From the NCBI GenBank assembly GCA_021108335.1, contig JAIORC010000146.1, positions 1-52,593 on the forward strand: 52,593 nucleotides of DNA, read 5' to 3'. Position numbers and translations under genes: made by a program. This document shows positions 1-8,364 of the stretch, piece by piece. Source of the DNA: Phycisphaerae bacterium. Lineage in GTDB: Bacteria > Planctomycetota > Phycisphaerae > SM23-33. Position 1 is the first letter of the stretch, and every line of letters begins with the position of its first letter. Under the pieces are notes generated by a model, which saw only the letters and a list, made by a program, of their open reading frames with translations, was not told the origin of the DNA and searched no databases.

Positions 1-285
1 CTTTGGCCGGCTCTTCTTTAGCGGGTTCGTCTTTGGCAGGTTCGTCTTTAGCCGGCTCTTCTTTGGCTGGCTCTTCCTTGGCTGGTTCTTCTTTAGCCGG
101 CTCTTCTTTGGCGGGTTCTTCTTTGGCGGGTTCTTCTTTGGCTGGTTCTTCCTTGGCAGGTTCTTCCCTGGCAGGTTCTTCTTTGGCAGGCTCTGTCTTG
201 ATAGGTTGTTCCTTGGCCGGTTCCATCACAGGTTCTTCCCCGGCGGGTTCTTCCTTGGCCGGTTCTTCCTTGGCCGGTTCTTCTA
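1..285 (-). repeat. 15-nt coding tandem repeat encoding about 19 EEPAK-like pentapeptides
   Basis: Plus-strand unit of the type ggcnggttcttcttt, with synonymous variation between units; in frame with the secretin. Confidence 0.95.
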
Positions 286-2245
286 TTTTTGGCTTCGGGG
301 TTTTGGTTTCCGAAATCACGGCGGGGGTTGGTTTGGAGACCTTTTCGACCTTTTCGGCGGGTTTTTGCTCTTTCTCGGCAGGTTTCATTCCCCGCAGGCC
401 GTATGGCGTACCTGTTTCATCGAGAAGGAACTGCTGTATGAGGTTGTTGGCGGTCAAATAGTCCGGCAAGGCTCCCCATGATGTACAAGGCTGAAGCTTT
501 TCCTTAAGGAACAGGGCGTCGTTTTTCACTGGTACTGTCGCCAAGGCCAGGTCAATGTTCCACATGGCTTTGTCCATTTCTCCGTTAGCCATCGCCCGAC
601 GGGCCTCCAGCACGAAGGCATCGCTCAGGCGAGTTCTGTTCCACCACATCAGTCCGCGTCGAGCACCGAGGCGGAACAGGTCTGTCTCTTTTTTGATTTT
701 CGCACCGATTTCCTCATCCGAGTCATACCGGACAAGGTGCGGCGTTATCAGGATAATCAGTTCTCGCTTTTCCAGGTTGTCATTCGTATTACGGAAGAGG
801 CTGCCGGCCCAGGGAATATTTCCAAGCACGGGAATCTGCGACCGGTGGCGGATGTTCCGTTCCTGGAACAACCCACCGATAACAATCGTCTTGCCGTCAC
901 GGACTATGACATTGGTCGTGATTTCGGTAGTAGTTTTGTTTGGCAAGGCTACGGTAGCACCGGCAGGAACAGTTACGTTACCATCGGAAATTTCCGGGTG
1001 GATTTCCATCCGAATATAGTCATTCTTTCCGACAAACGGACGAATATGCAGCTTCGTGCCTGTCTCAAGAAACTCAACCGTACTGGTCGTAGAAGTGTCG
1101 GTAGTCTCCGATGAAGCAATATAGCCCATACTGTCGCCGATCAAAACTTCGCCATACTGCTTATTGACGATCATCAGCTTGGGGTTGGCCAGCATCGTCG
1201 TGTCCCGCGTCTCCTCCAATACGCGAACGAACATAGCGAGATTACTGCTGACAATCCCGAGCGAAAGCCCGCCAAGCGTATCCGTTTGCAAGTCGGAGAA
1301 ACCTGTACCCATTCGCCCCTGAATTTTATTAAAGTTACGTACGCCAGGCGCAGCGGGAATTGCGGGGTTCGCACCGAGGTTACTGGTAGCTCCGTACTGG
1401 TTAAAGTTCGCATTTCCGGCAAGGATACTCAGATCGACGCCCATATCATCGTCGTCGTCCAACAGAACGCTGAGAATGGTAGCCTCCACCAGAACCTGCG
1501 GCGGGCGAACATCGATTTCAGCGACAACCCTCGTGATTTTCTTGAGGTTCTCTTTGGTGTCGAAAACAACTATTGTTTCCTTCGCCGCGTTGCTGGGGCG
1601 CTTCTCACTTTCACATTTCCTCAGACCGGTATCATCCGCCGGGGTAATCGTAATTTTGCCCTGGGCCGTAAGCATGGCTTCGAGCAATGCCTTGGCATCG
1701 GTGGCAGTCAGGTAGTACAGATGGAATACCTTCGTCTCCATTACCATCTGCAGGGCAGCAAATTCCGCAGCGGAATAGACGTAGATAATTCCATCCTCTT
1801 CCTTGTGAACCAATCCCGCGGAGCGAAGAATCGCCGCGAGGGCCTGGTCAAACGTAACGCCGTACAGGTCGACGGTAACGTTGCCTTGCACACCTTGGGA
1901 AGTAACGATATTTCGGCGGATCTGCTTGCTGAGCTGCACCAGCAACAACTTGACATCCGTATCGACAGCCGTCAGATCGAATGTGTTGTTAACCGGATTC
2001 ATTCGAATGCCTCCGGCAGCGCTTGCCGCGGTGGTGGCATCGACGCCGGAGGCCTTGGTTGCCTCAGTCGTTTCGGTTGTTCCGCTCGGCGTTGTCTCAG
2101 TCGTTTCGGTCGGCTCGCTGGTATCGGCTTCGTCCTGGGCTTCAGCCAGACCGGCAAAGGCAAACAAGGCCACCAGGCAAACCCAAAGCGTCAATCGGGA
2201 CGTCCACCATATGAAGAATGGTGAAAGCTTCGCTGTTGTTTTCAT
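1..2245 (-). CDS. Type II secretion/type IV pilus secretin (GspD/PilQ family) with C-terminal EEPAK repeat tail; 3' end runs off the window
   Basis: Not in ORF track because there is no stop in the window. Manual translation from ATG 2245: signal peptide MKTTAKLSPFFIWW...LFAFAGLAEAQ, then secretin motifs IDVRPPQVLVEATIL, LANPKLMIVNKQYGEVLIG, VEFLETGTKLHIRPFV, VIVRDGKTIVIGGLF, IPVLGNIPWAGSLFR, KRELIILITPHLV. Confidence 0.92.
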   Translation of the reverse strand, partial: MKTTAKLSPFFIWWTSRLTLWVCLVALFAFAGLAEAQDEADTSEPTETTETTPSGTTETTEATKASGVDATTAASAAGGIRMNPVNNTFDLTAVDTDVKLLLVQLSKQIRRNIVTSQGVQGNVTVDLYGVTFDQALAAILRSAGLVHKEEDGIIYVYSAAEFAALQMVMETKVFHLYYLTATDAKALLEAMLTAQGKITITPADDTGLRKCESEKRPSNAAKETIVVFDTKENLKKITRVVAEIDVRPPQVLVEATILSVLLDDDDDMGVDLSILAGNANFNQYGATSNLGANPAIPAAPGVRNFNKIQGRMGTGFSDLQTDTLGGLSLGIVSSNLAMFVRVLEETRDTTMLANPKLMIVNKQYGEVLIGDSMGYIASSETTDTSTTSTVEFLETGTKLHIRPFVGKNDYIRMEIHPEISDGNVTVPAGATVALPNKTTTEITTNVIVRDGKTIVIGGLFQERNIRHRSQIPVLGNIPWAGSLFRNTNDNLEKRELIILITPHLVRYDSDEEIGAKIKKETDLFRLGARRGLMWWNRTRLSDAFVLEARRAMANGEMDKAMWNIDLALATVPVKNDALFLKEKLQPCTSWGALPDYLTANNLIQQFLLDETGTPYGLRGMKPAEKEQKPAEKVEKVSKPTPAVISETKTPKPKIEEPAKEEPAKEEPAGEEPVMEPAKEQPIKTEPAKEEPAREEPAKEEPAKEEPAKEEPAKEEPAKEEPAKEEPAKEEPAKDEPAKDEPAKEEPAK

Positions 2246-2311
2246 ATTACTTTACTTCCTTGTAAATCAGCATGTCCCAGATCACGCTATTTATTTTTTT
2301 TATCCGCCGGA

Positions 2312-2851
2312 TTATTCGGATACGGTAGTCACAAGTCCGGTTATCGGTTTAACTTTGACTCTATACTGTGAATCACCACATTTTATTACCACGCCATCGG
2401 TCCCCACTGGAATTGCGCTTCCAGTCTGAACGGGCTCGCCAATCGACGTAAATGTTATGCTGTTCGATGTCGTTCCACCAAAATCCGCCGAAAGTATCTG
2501 CAAAGAGTCTTTGCCCATCTCGTCAGGCAGATTCACTATGTAATCCTGTCCGGTACCAGGGTTCGTCAGCGCTACCCCGGCGGCATCGGAAAGCGTAAAC
2601 GTTCCTGCACCCGTGTTGAATGTAACCGTAATCGACGCCTGTCGCCGGGTGGCCTCGCTTCGGGCGTATTCCAGGTTGGAACTCACCATCAAGGCTGCTC
2701 CTCGCGCAGCAGAGTCGTCGGTTCCCATCATGGGAATCACCAGCGTCGCCAGAATCGCTATCAGGATCACAACAACAATGACCTCGATCAGCGAAAAGCC
2801 GCCTCGCCTACTTTGGCGCAGCTCTCTTGATTTTAATTTTCGTCTTTCCAT
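2312..2851 (-). CDS. Pseudopilin/minor pilin (GspH/FimT-like)
   Basis: Prepilin cleavage/methylation motif RRGG^FSLIEVIVVVILIAIL, FimT-like LEYARSEA helix, AAGGAG RBS; directly upstream of the secretin. Confidence 0.9.
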   Translation of the reverse strand: MERRKLKSRELRQSRRGGFSLIEVIVVVILIAILATLVIPMMGTDDSAARGAALMVSSNLEYARSEATRRQASITVTFNTGAGTFTLSDAAGVALTNPGTGQDYIVNLPDEMGKDSLQILSADFGGTTSNSITFTSIGEPVQTGSAIPVGTDGVVIKCGDSQYRVKVKPITGLVTTVSE

Positions 2852-3155
2852 GGGAATCTCCTTCGGGCTTGGGCTTTGCCTGCCTTTGCACCTTAACTGT
2901 GATACTGCCGCTCTTGAGTAAACGAATTATTTCATCAAGTTTTACATTCGTTTTGTTCTGGGCTTCCAACAGTTGCTTGCGCTGCGCGCCTGCGTCCAGC
3001 CTGGGCCGAACTTGAGCCTCGGCTGAAGGCACCTGGTGGAAAAAACATTCCCATAAACCCACAGAGACCACAGATGTCAAGACAACCCACAATAGCAATG
3101 CCAAACGGCTGTCTTTACGCCCGAAATTTCTATTTTCGCTTGTCGTGCTCAACAT
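2808..3155 (-). CDS. Hypothetical single-TM/secreted small protein, first gene of the pilin-secretin unit
   Basis: N-terminal hydrophobic segment, AEA^Q-like site, coiled-coil segment DAGAQRKQLLEAQNKTNVKLDEIIRLLKSG; GAGGTG RBS upstream; overlaps the pilin start. Confidence 0.65.
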   Translation of the reverse strand: MLSTTSENRNFGRKDSRLALLLWVVLTSVVSVGLWECFFHQVPSAEAQVRPRLDAGAQRKQLLEAQNKTNVKLDEIIRLLKSGSITVKVQRQAKPKPEGDSHGKTKIKIKRAAPK

Positions 3156-3586
3156 ACACCTCGTATATTTTCCAGTACGAAGACCTGCGCATAAAATCAG
3201 GCCTCATGGGTTTTTCGTCATTATTAGGTTTTTTTCTGAACAAAAAATGGGTGAAACTTCGCAAATTTATCCGTAACCACCGTCAAACCAGTTTGCCGAC
3301 ACTCCAAAAAAAGAAATACTCCCCCTATTTAAACAATAGCTTTCATAACCGGGTGATGCAAAAACAACTTAGCTTGCGAAGAGGCTATCTGGATAAGACA
3401 AAGTCTCTGAATTCTCGATATGGCAACAGTTAAATTAAATATTCCAATTTCAGAGAATACACCTTCCCCGATGGCTCAAATATGGAGGATATCGGCATTA
3501 GACTCTTGGGATTTAGGAATTGCCCTCGAAGAAATTATCTCGGAAAGTGCAGCCCTCGGCGTATCACTGGGGCAAAGCCCGGGCTG

Positions 3587-4474
3587 TTATTGCATCAATT
3601 TGCTGTACAGGTCTACCGCCAGCATAATAACCGCCATGAACACGATGATGGCGAAGTATCGGCGGAGCTTTTTCGCGTGGAGACGCTCACAGATAGCCGC
3701 GCCGATCTGCACGCCGATGGAACTGCTTACCAGCAATGACATTACGAGCCAAATATTGACGTGCCCATCCAAGCCGTACTTGATCGTACCGACAACCGAA
3801 CTGAACAGCACCACGCCCAGGCTCGTGCCGACCGCCTGATGGGCTGTCATGCCGACCACCAGCAGCAGCAGCGGCATAAACAATACCCCGCCGCCTATCC
3901 CCAACAGCCCCTTGGCCACACCGATAGCCAGGCCTATTACCAGCAAGCCGGGCAGACTGACGCCAGGCAAGCCAGCGTGTTTGAGGTTCACGTGCGGCGG
4001 GATGGGCAGACGTTGAAGCAGGCTTTTGCCGCTGTCGTGCCGCTTGGGTTCGCGAATTATCAGCCACGCGGTCGGCAATAACAGAACCATATACAATGCC
4101 CGAACCACCATCTCGAAAACGTTAACGTCGAGCGTCATTTTGAGCCAGTCAAACAGATAACTGCCGGAAAGCACTCCGACAATCGCCCCCAGCCCGATAA
4201 TCACCATGGAGTAGATATCCACGTTTCGGTTTCGCATATGGCGGGCCATCCCCGTCGCCCCTGTGCCGATGGTAAAACTCAGGCTGCTGCCGACTACCAT
4301 CGACTCGGAAACCCCCAGGCCGACAATCAATATCGGATTCAGCAGAAACGCCCCGCCCACACCGAACAGCCCCGTCAATACGCCCACGCACAACCCCAAA
4401 CCCAGCAACACGCAAACAAGCCAAGGCCCGGAAAGATAAGCACTGATATCGTTAAAATGCTCCCAGAAGGTCAT
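3587..4474 (-). CDS. TSUP family (TauE/SafE sulfite exporter-like) membrane transporter
   Basis: Two repeats of the GLFGVGGAFLLNPIL / GLLGIGGGVLFMPLL motif and AVGTSL; start set at ATG 4474 (MTFWEHF). Confidence 0.9.
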   Translation of the reverse strand: MTFWEHFNDISAYLSGPWLVCVLLGLGLCVGVLTGLFGVGGAFLLNPILIVGLGVSESMVVGSSLSFTIGTGATGMARHMRNRNVDIYSMVIIGLGAIVGVLSGSYLFDWLKMTLDVNVFEMVVRALYMVLLLPTAWLIIREPKRHDSGKSLLQRLPIPPHVNLKHAGLPGVSLPGLLVIGLAIGVAKGLLGIGGGVLFMPLLLLVVGMTAHQAVGTSLGVVLFSSVVGTIKYGLDGHVNIWLVMSLLVSSSIGVQIGAAICERLHAKKLRRYFAIIVFMAVIMLAVDLYSKLMQ

Positions 4475-4605
4475 TCTTCGGCTCCCCCGCCGGATTCGCT
4501 GCCGGACCGCCTGCCGCGATGAAACCGCGAAAACACAAACGCCACCCCCAGCCCCCACGCCATCGGTAACACTATGTACATCGCTATTTCAAAAAATTTC
4601 GCCAT
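4471..4605 (-). CDS. 44-aa single-TM small protein translationally coupled to the TSUP gene
   Basis: MAKFFEIAMYIVLPMAWGLGVAFVFSRFHRGRRSGSESGGGAEE*: hydrophobic helix followed by a basic stretch; stop overlaps the TSUP ATG (ATGA). Below the ORF track length cut-off. Confidence 0.6.
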   Translation of the reverse strand: MAKFFEIAMYIVLPMAWGLGVAFVFSRFHRGRRSGSESGGGAEE

Positions 4606-4773
4606 ATTCCGCTCAAAAATACGTGTTTATTGCTCCCAACCGGCAGCAGTATAGTGAATATGAACTTATTCAACAAGACGCCACGGGAAATTTCTTGCCG
4701 CGGCGAAGTGAGGCAAAAAAACCTCCACCCAGAATATGTCGCAAATGTATTGCGAATAGCCCGGACAAATCGG

Positions 4774-4802
4774 TTGCAAATCGACAGTATCTTCCGTACA
4801 GT
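4774..4802 (+). promoter_or_regulatory. Putative sigma70 promoter for the 4894/5180 unit
   Basis: TTGCAA-N17-TACAGT. Confidence 0.45.
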
Positions 4803-4893
4803 TAAGGAGTTCTAAAGTAGGATGTAGCGTACGCTCGTGTCGTTACCGGGTGATTCGTCGAGTAATGAAACATTGCTGGCATGAGGTAATTGC

Positions 4894-5169
4894 GTGGTAC
4901 CCCGTCCGGATGAATCCCGGCAAGGAATCAAAGAGTTTGTCGCCAGGATGACCGGCGAAGAACGCATGCTGGTAATCCTTAAAAGCGAACTTTACGAAGG
5001 CAACTGGGACGAAATGGAAGCGGATCTGCAAGCCCGCCTGGCCGGGGGCCCATATATTTTCAAGCTGGCCCATCGTATCGAGGACGATTTGGAACGGATT
5101 AGTCGGCTGCGTGCTTTCGAAAAAGCCGAGGCGGCGAATCTGTGTGATTATGTAACGCTGGAGCCTTGA
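4894..5169 (+). CDS. Hypothetical helical protein
   Basis: GAGGT RBS before the GTG start, natural helical composition, 10 nt upstream of the next gene. Confidence 0.7.
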   Translation: MVPRPDESRQGIKEFVARMTGEERMLVILKSELYEGNWDEMEADLQARLAGGPYIFKLAHRIEDDLERISRLRAFEKAEAANLCDYVTLEP

Positions 5170-5179
5170 GGAGTGTTTT

Positions 5180-6436
5180 ATGCAAATTATGCGAAAAAAT
5201 CGTGAATTGGTGAATGTTATGTTGGCCTGCCTGGTTGGAGCCTCTCTCCTGGTCGGGTGCGGCGACGGCGGTTCAGACCTGGTCCGCTCCGCTGCCGTTT
5301 CCAATCCCATCGCTTCCCCGAAATCTCTGGGTAAAGCCAACCTGCAATATTACTGGAAATCGCAAGTCGTCCTGAGCGACGGAGAACAAATAACCCGGAT
5401 GTACAATCTGGGCGACAAACTGTACTTCCTTACCAATCGTCGAAACCTCGTAGCAATGGACGCGATGGTCGGCATTCCCGAGTGGGTCGTCAATATAACC
5501 CGCAGAAACGAAAAAATCTTCCCGCCCATCATCAAGAACAACGTTCGCCTGTCAGAGAAAGTAGGCACTGTAGAGGATATCAAAGACCCGCCGGCAAAGG
5601 GCAGTCTGCCGAAAATCAAGGCATTGATGATCAATACTTCCACCCGCCTGCTGGTAATAGATCGGGATACCGGCAAGATTTATCGCGATTTCACGTTCAA
5701 GAAGTTTTCCGCGACAAACCGGGGAAGCACCGACGGGGAACGCTATTATGTAGCCTCCAGTTCAAAAATGTACTATGCGGTCACGCTGCTCCCGGCAGTC
5801 GCCAGGTGGTGGGAAGAAATCAATGACGAAATCATCAAAGCCCCGATGGCCTGCTACGGCAGACGGCTATATATGGGAACGATGAGCGGGACGTTTCGGG
5901 TTGACTTTGCCGGTGATATTCGCGAACGATTCTGGGAAAAACCGTTGGACGGGCCAATCAGTACCGAATTCCACGTAGATTCACGTGGTGCGTTTATCGG
6001 CTGTGGTGATGGAAACATCTACGCCCTGAACCTGAATGATGGGCGGAATCTCTGGGACCCCGTGCAGGTCAAGGGCGACATCAAAGACCCCATCCGTGTG
6101 GGCGAATTGACGATCTTCCAGCATGTCCACGGCGATGGACTGTATGCGATTAACCTGGCCAACGGTACGAAACGCTGGAGACTCCCGCAAGGCCGAAAGG
6201 TACTGGCCACGGTAAACGGCGACGTCTATGTCCTCGGCAAAGACAACAAATTGGTGATCGTCAACGAAATCACCGGAGACCCCAAGGCGTCGGTGTTGCT
6301 CAGCGGGTTTGACTTCTTCGCCGAGAACCTCGCCGCCCCAGCAGTGTACACCGCGACCCGCGACGGCAGGGTCTTCTGCATACGCAGCAAAGACGCCGGC
6401 CGACTGACCGTCGAAGATATCAAGGCCCGGCAATAA
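5180..6436 (+). CDS. PQQ-like beta-propeller lipoprotein (BamB-like)
   Basis: Lipobox LLVG^C; repeated blades IYALNLNDGRNLW, LYAINLANGTKRW, LVAMDAMVGIPEW; GAGGAG RBS. Confidence 0.85.
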   Translation: MQIMRKNRELVNVMLACLVGASLLVGCGDGGSDLVRSAAVSNPIASPKSLGKANLQYYWKSQVVLSDGEQITRMYNLGDKLYFLTNRRNLVAMDAMVGIPEWVVNITRRNEKIFPPIIKNNVRLSEKVGTVEDIKDPPAKGSLPKIKALMINTSTRLLVIDRDTGKIYRDFTFKKFSATNRGSTDGERYYVASSSKMYYAVTLLPAVARWWEEINDEIIKAPMACYGRRLYMGTMSGTFRVDFAGDIRERFWEKPLDGPISTEFHVDSRGAFIGCGDGNIYALNLNDGRNLWDPVQVKGDIKDPIRVGELTIFQHVHGDGLYAINLANGTKRWRLPQGRKVLATVNGDVYVLGKDNKLVIVNEITGDPKASVLLSGFDFFAENLAAPAVYTATRDGRVFCIRSKDAGRLTVEDIKARQ

Positions 6437-6457
6437 AAGCCGACCTATCAGGAACAC

Positions 6458-6489
6458 AAAAAAGGGTTCGCTCAGTCGAACCCTTTTTT
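6458..6489. terminator. Rho-independent terminator (bidirectional form)
   Basis: AAAAAAGGGTTCG-ctcagt-CGAACCCTTTTTT, 21 nt after the 6436 stop. Confidence 0.85.
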
Positions 6490-6515
6490 ATTTCACAAGC
6501 AGTATTCAATAGTAT

Positions 6516-6540
6516 GGTGGCACAGGTTTGTAACCTGTGC
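6516..6540 (+). repeat. REP-like palindrome family A, GGTGGCACAGGTTTGTAACCTGTGC
   Basis: Copies at 6516, 19953, 27247 (reverse), 34510, 34753, 49616 and a half copy at 9726; all intergenic. Confidence 0.85.
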
Positions 6541-6617
6541 TGCTACGGCCACGGATTGAAAATCCATGCTATCAACATATTAAAAAAAATCAGAATAGAA
6601 AACAGGAGAGTAGTATC

Positions 6618-8249
6618 GTGACGGACGCCGTGAAAATAAAACGGGCATTGCTGAGCGTGTTTGACAAAACGGGAATTGAAGATTTCGCCAGGCAACTGGT
6701 TGATATAGGAGTGGAGATTATTTCCTCCGGCGGCACTGCCCGGGCGCTCGAAGCCGCGGGCATCCCGGTGCGATACGTCCAGGAGTGGACAGGCTTTCCC
6801 GAAATGCTGGGCCATCGCGTCGTAACGCTGCATCCGAAGGTTCACGGCGGCATTCTCGCCCTGCGGGACGACCCCGACCACCAGGCCGACATCGAAAAGT
6901 ACGACCTGGAACTGGTCGATCTCGTCTGCGTGTCGCTGTATCCGTTCACCGACGCCATCGCCAGAGACGGCTGCACGCAGACCCAGGCCGTGGAGATGAT
7001 CGACATCGGCGGGCCCACCATGGTGCGGGCAGCCGCCAAGAATCACAAATTCGTAACCGTAATAACCGAACCCCGCCAGTACGACGAACTACTAGCCGAA
7101 ATGAGCGCCGCCGACGGCGAAGTAAGCCTCACCCTCCGCCAACGATTCGCCCGCCAGGCGTTCAGCCTGACCGCCCAGTACGACACCGCCATCAGCACCT
7201 ATCTCGCCAGAGAACTCGACGAGGAATTCCCCGAGCGGATCAGCTTCAGCTACAACAAAGCCGGCGAACTTCGATACGGGGAAAACCCGCACCAACAGGC
7301 AGCCTTCTACGCCTCCGCCGAAGTCGGCTCCGAGCCGTGCGTCGCCGGAGCGAAACTGCTCGGCGGCAAGGCGATTTCGTACAACAATTACTTCGACGCC
7401 AACGGCGCGCTGGAGCTGGTGAAGGAATTCGACGCCCCTGCCGTCGCGATTATCAAGCACGCCAACCCCGCCGGCGTCGCCATCGACGAGAACCTCGTGG
7501 AGGCATACCGCAAAGCCTACTTCGGCGACGTCAACGCCGCGATGGGCGGTATTATCGCGGTCAATCGCCCGGTTACGGCGGAACTAGCCGAGGCTATCAC
7601 CGAAACGTATCCCCGCTGGGGCAAAGCCGCCGGGGCAGGCGGATTCTTCGCGGAAATCATCCTCGCGCCGGAATTTGAGGAAGGTGCGATTGAGATTATC
7701 CAGCAGCGCAAGGGCTGGGGGCCTAACGTCAGGCTGCTGGCTACGGGCCAACTGACTGACAACCGCAACCGCGAAATGTACCAGAAGTACATCGTCGGCG
7801 GAATGCTTGTGCAGCAGCGAGACCTGCTGGGCCTGAACACCGACGACTGGAAAGTGGTTACCAAACGCCAACCCACCGATGCCGAATTAGCTGACATGAA
7901 ATTCAGTTGGCTCATCTGCAAACACGTCAAAAGCAACGCCATCGTGCTGGCCAAGGACTTAGCCCTACTCGGTGCCGGGGCTGGACAGATGAGCCGCGTG
8001 AACTCCGCGCGGCTCGCCTCGCAAATCGCCCGCGACTACGGCGGGGGCGACGTGGTGGACACCACCGGGTCAAGCCTGGCCAGCGACGCGTTCTTCCCGT
8101 TCCCGGACAGCCTCGACTGGGCACGCGACGCCGGAGCGACAGCCGTCATAGAACCCGGCGGCGCGAAAAAAGACGAAGAAGTAATCGCCCGCGCCGACGA
8201 ACTGAACCTAGCAATGATCTTCACAGGCACGCGACACTTCAACCATTAG
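6618..8249 (+). CDS. purH: Bifunctional AICAR formyltransferase/IMP cyclohydrolase
   Basis: RALLSVFDKTG, VTLHPKVHGGIL, IDIGGPTMVRAAAKNH, LRYGENPHQ, KHVKSNAIV, ASDAFFPFPD, FTGTRHFNH; GTG start 6618 after AGGAG. Confidence 0.97.
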   Translation: MTDAVKIKRALLSVFDKTGIEDFARQLVDIGVEIISSGGTARALEAAGIPVRYVQEWTGFPEMLGHRVVTLHPKVHGGILALRDDPDHQADIEKYDLELVDLVCVSLYPFTDAIARDGCTQTQAVEMIDIGGPTMVRAAAKNHKFVTVITEPRQYDELLAEMSAADGEVSLTLRQRFARQAFSLTAQYDTAISTYLARELDEEFPERISFSYNKAGELRYGENPHQQAAFYASAEVGSEPCVAGAKLLGGKAISYNNYFDANGALELVKEFDAPAVAIIKHANPAGVAIDENLVEAYRKAYFGDVNAAMGGIIAVNRPVTAELAEAITETYPRWGKAAGAGGFFAEIILAPEFEEGAIEIIQQRKGWGPNVRLLATGQLTDNRNREMYQKYIVGGMLVQQRDLLGLNTDDWKVVTKRQPTDAELADMKFSWLICKHVKSNAIVLAKDLALLGAGAGQMSRVNSARLASQIARDYGGGDVVDTTGSSLASDAFFPFPDSLDWARDAGATAVIEPGGAKKDEEVIARADELNLAMIFTGTRHFNH

Positions 8250-8255
8250 CACAAC

Positions 8256-8332
8256 GCCGGGCCAAGACCCGGCCTACAAAAACACTGTACGAGAAAATTG
8301 TCGGGTGCCATGCTTCTGCTTGCAGAAGCATG
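8256..8332. repeat. REP-like cluster: GTAG-footed hairpin plus CATGCTTCTGCTTGCAGAAGCATG palindrome
   Basis: Minus strand reads GTAG-GCCGGG-tcttgg-CCCGGC (8256-8277); the palindrome at 8309-8332 is identical to 39422-39445. Confidence 0.7.
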
Positions 8333-8364
8333 TGAAAACTGACTAACAAGAAAGATGCAGAAAC

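Noticed and set aside
3-461. Plus-strand ORF of AGSSL repeats
   Set aside because: Antisense shadow of the secretin EEPAK tail; the minus frame is continuous with clear secretin motifs.
6490-6617. ZMP/ZTP riboswitch before purH
   Set aside because: Only a family A REP hairpin and AT-rich sequence; no pfl motif recognised.
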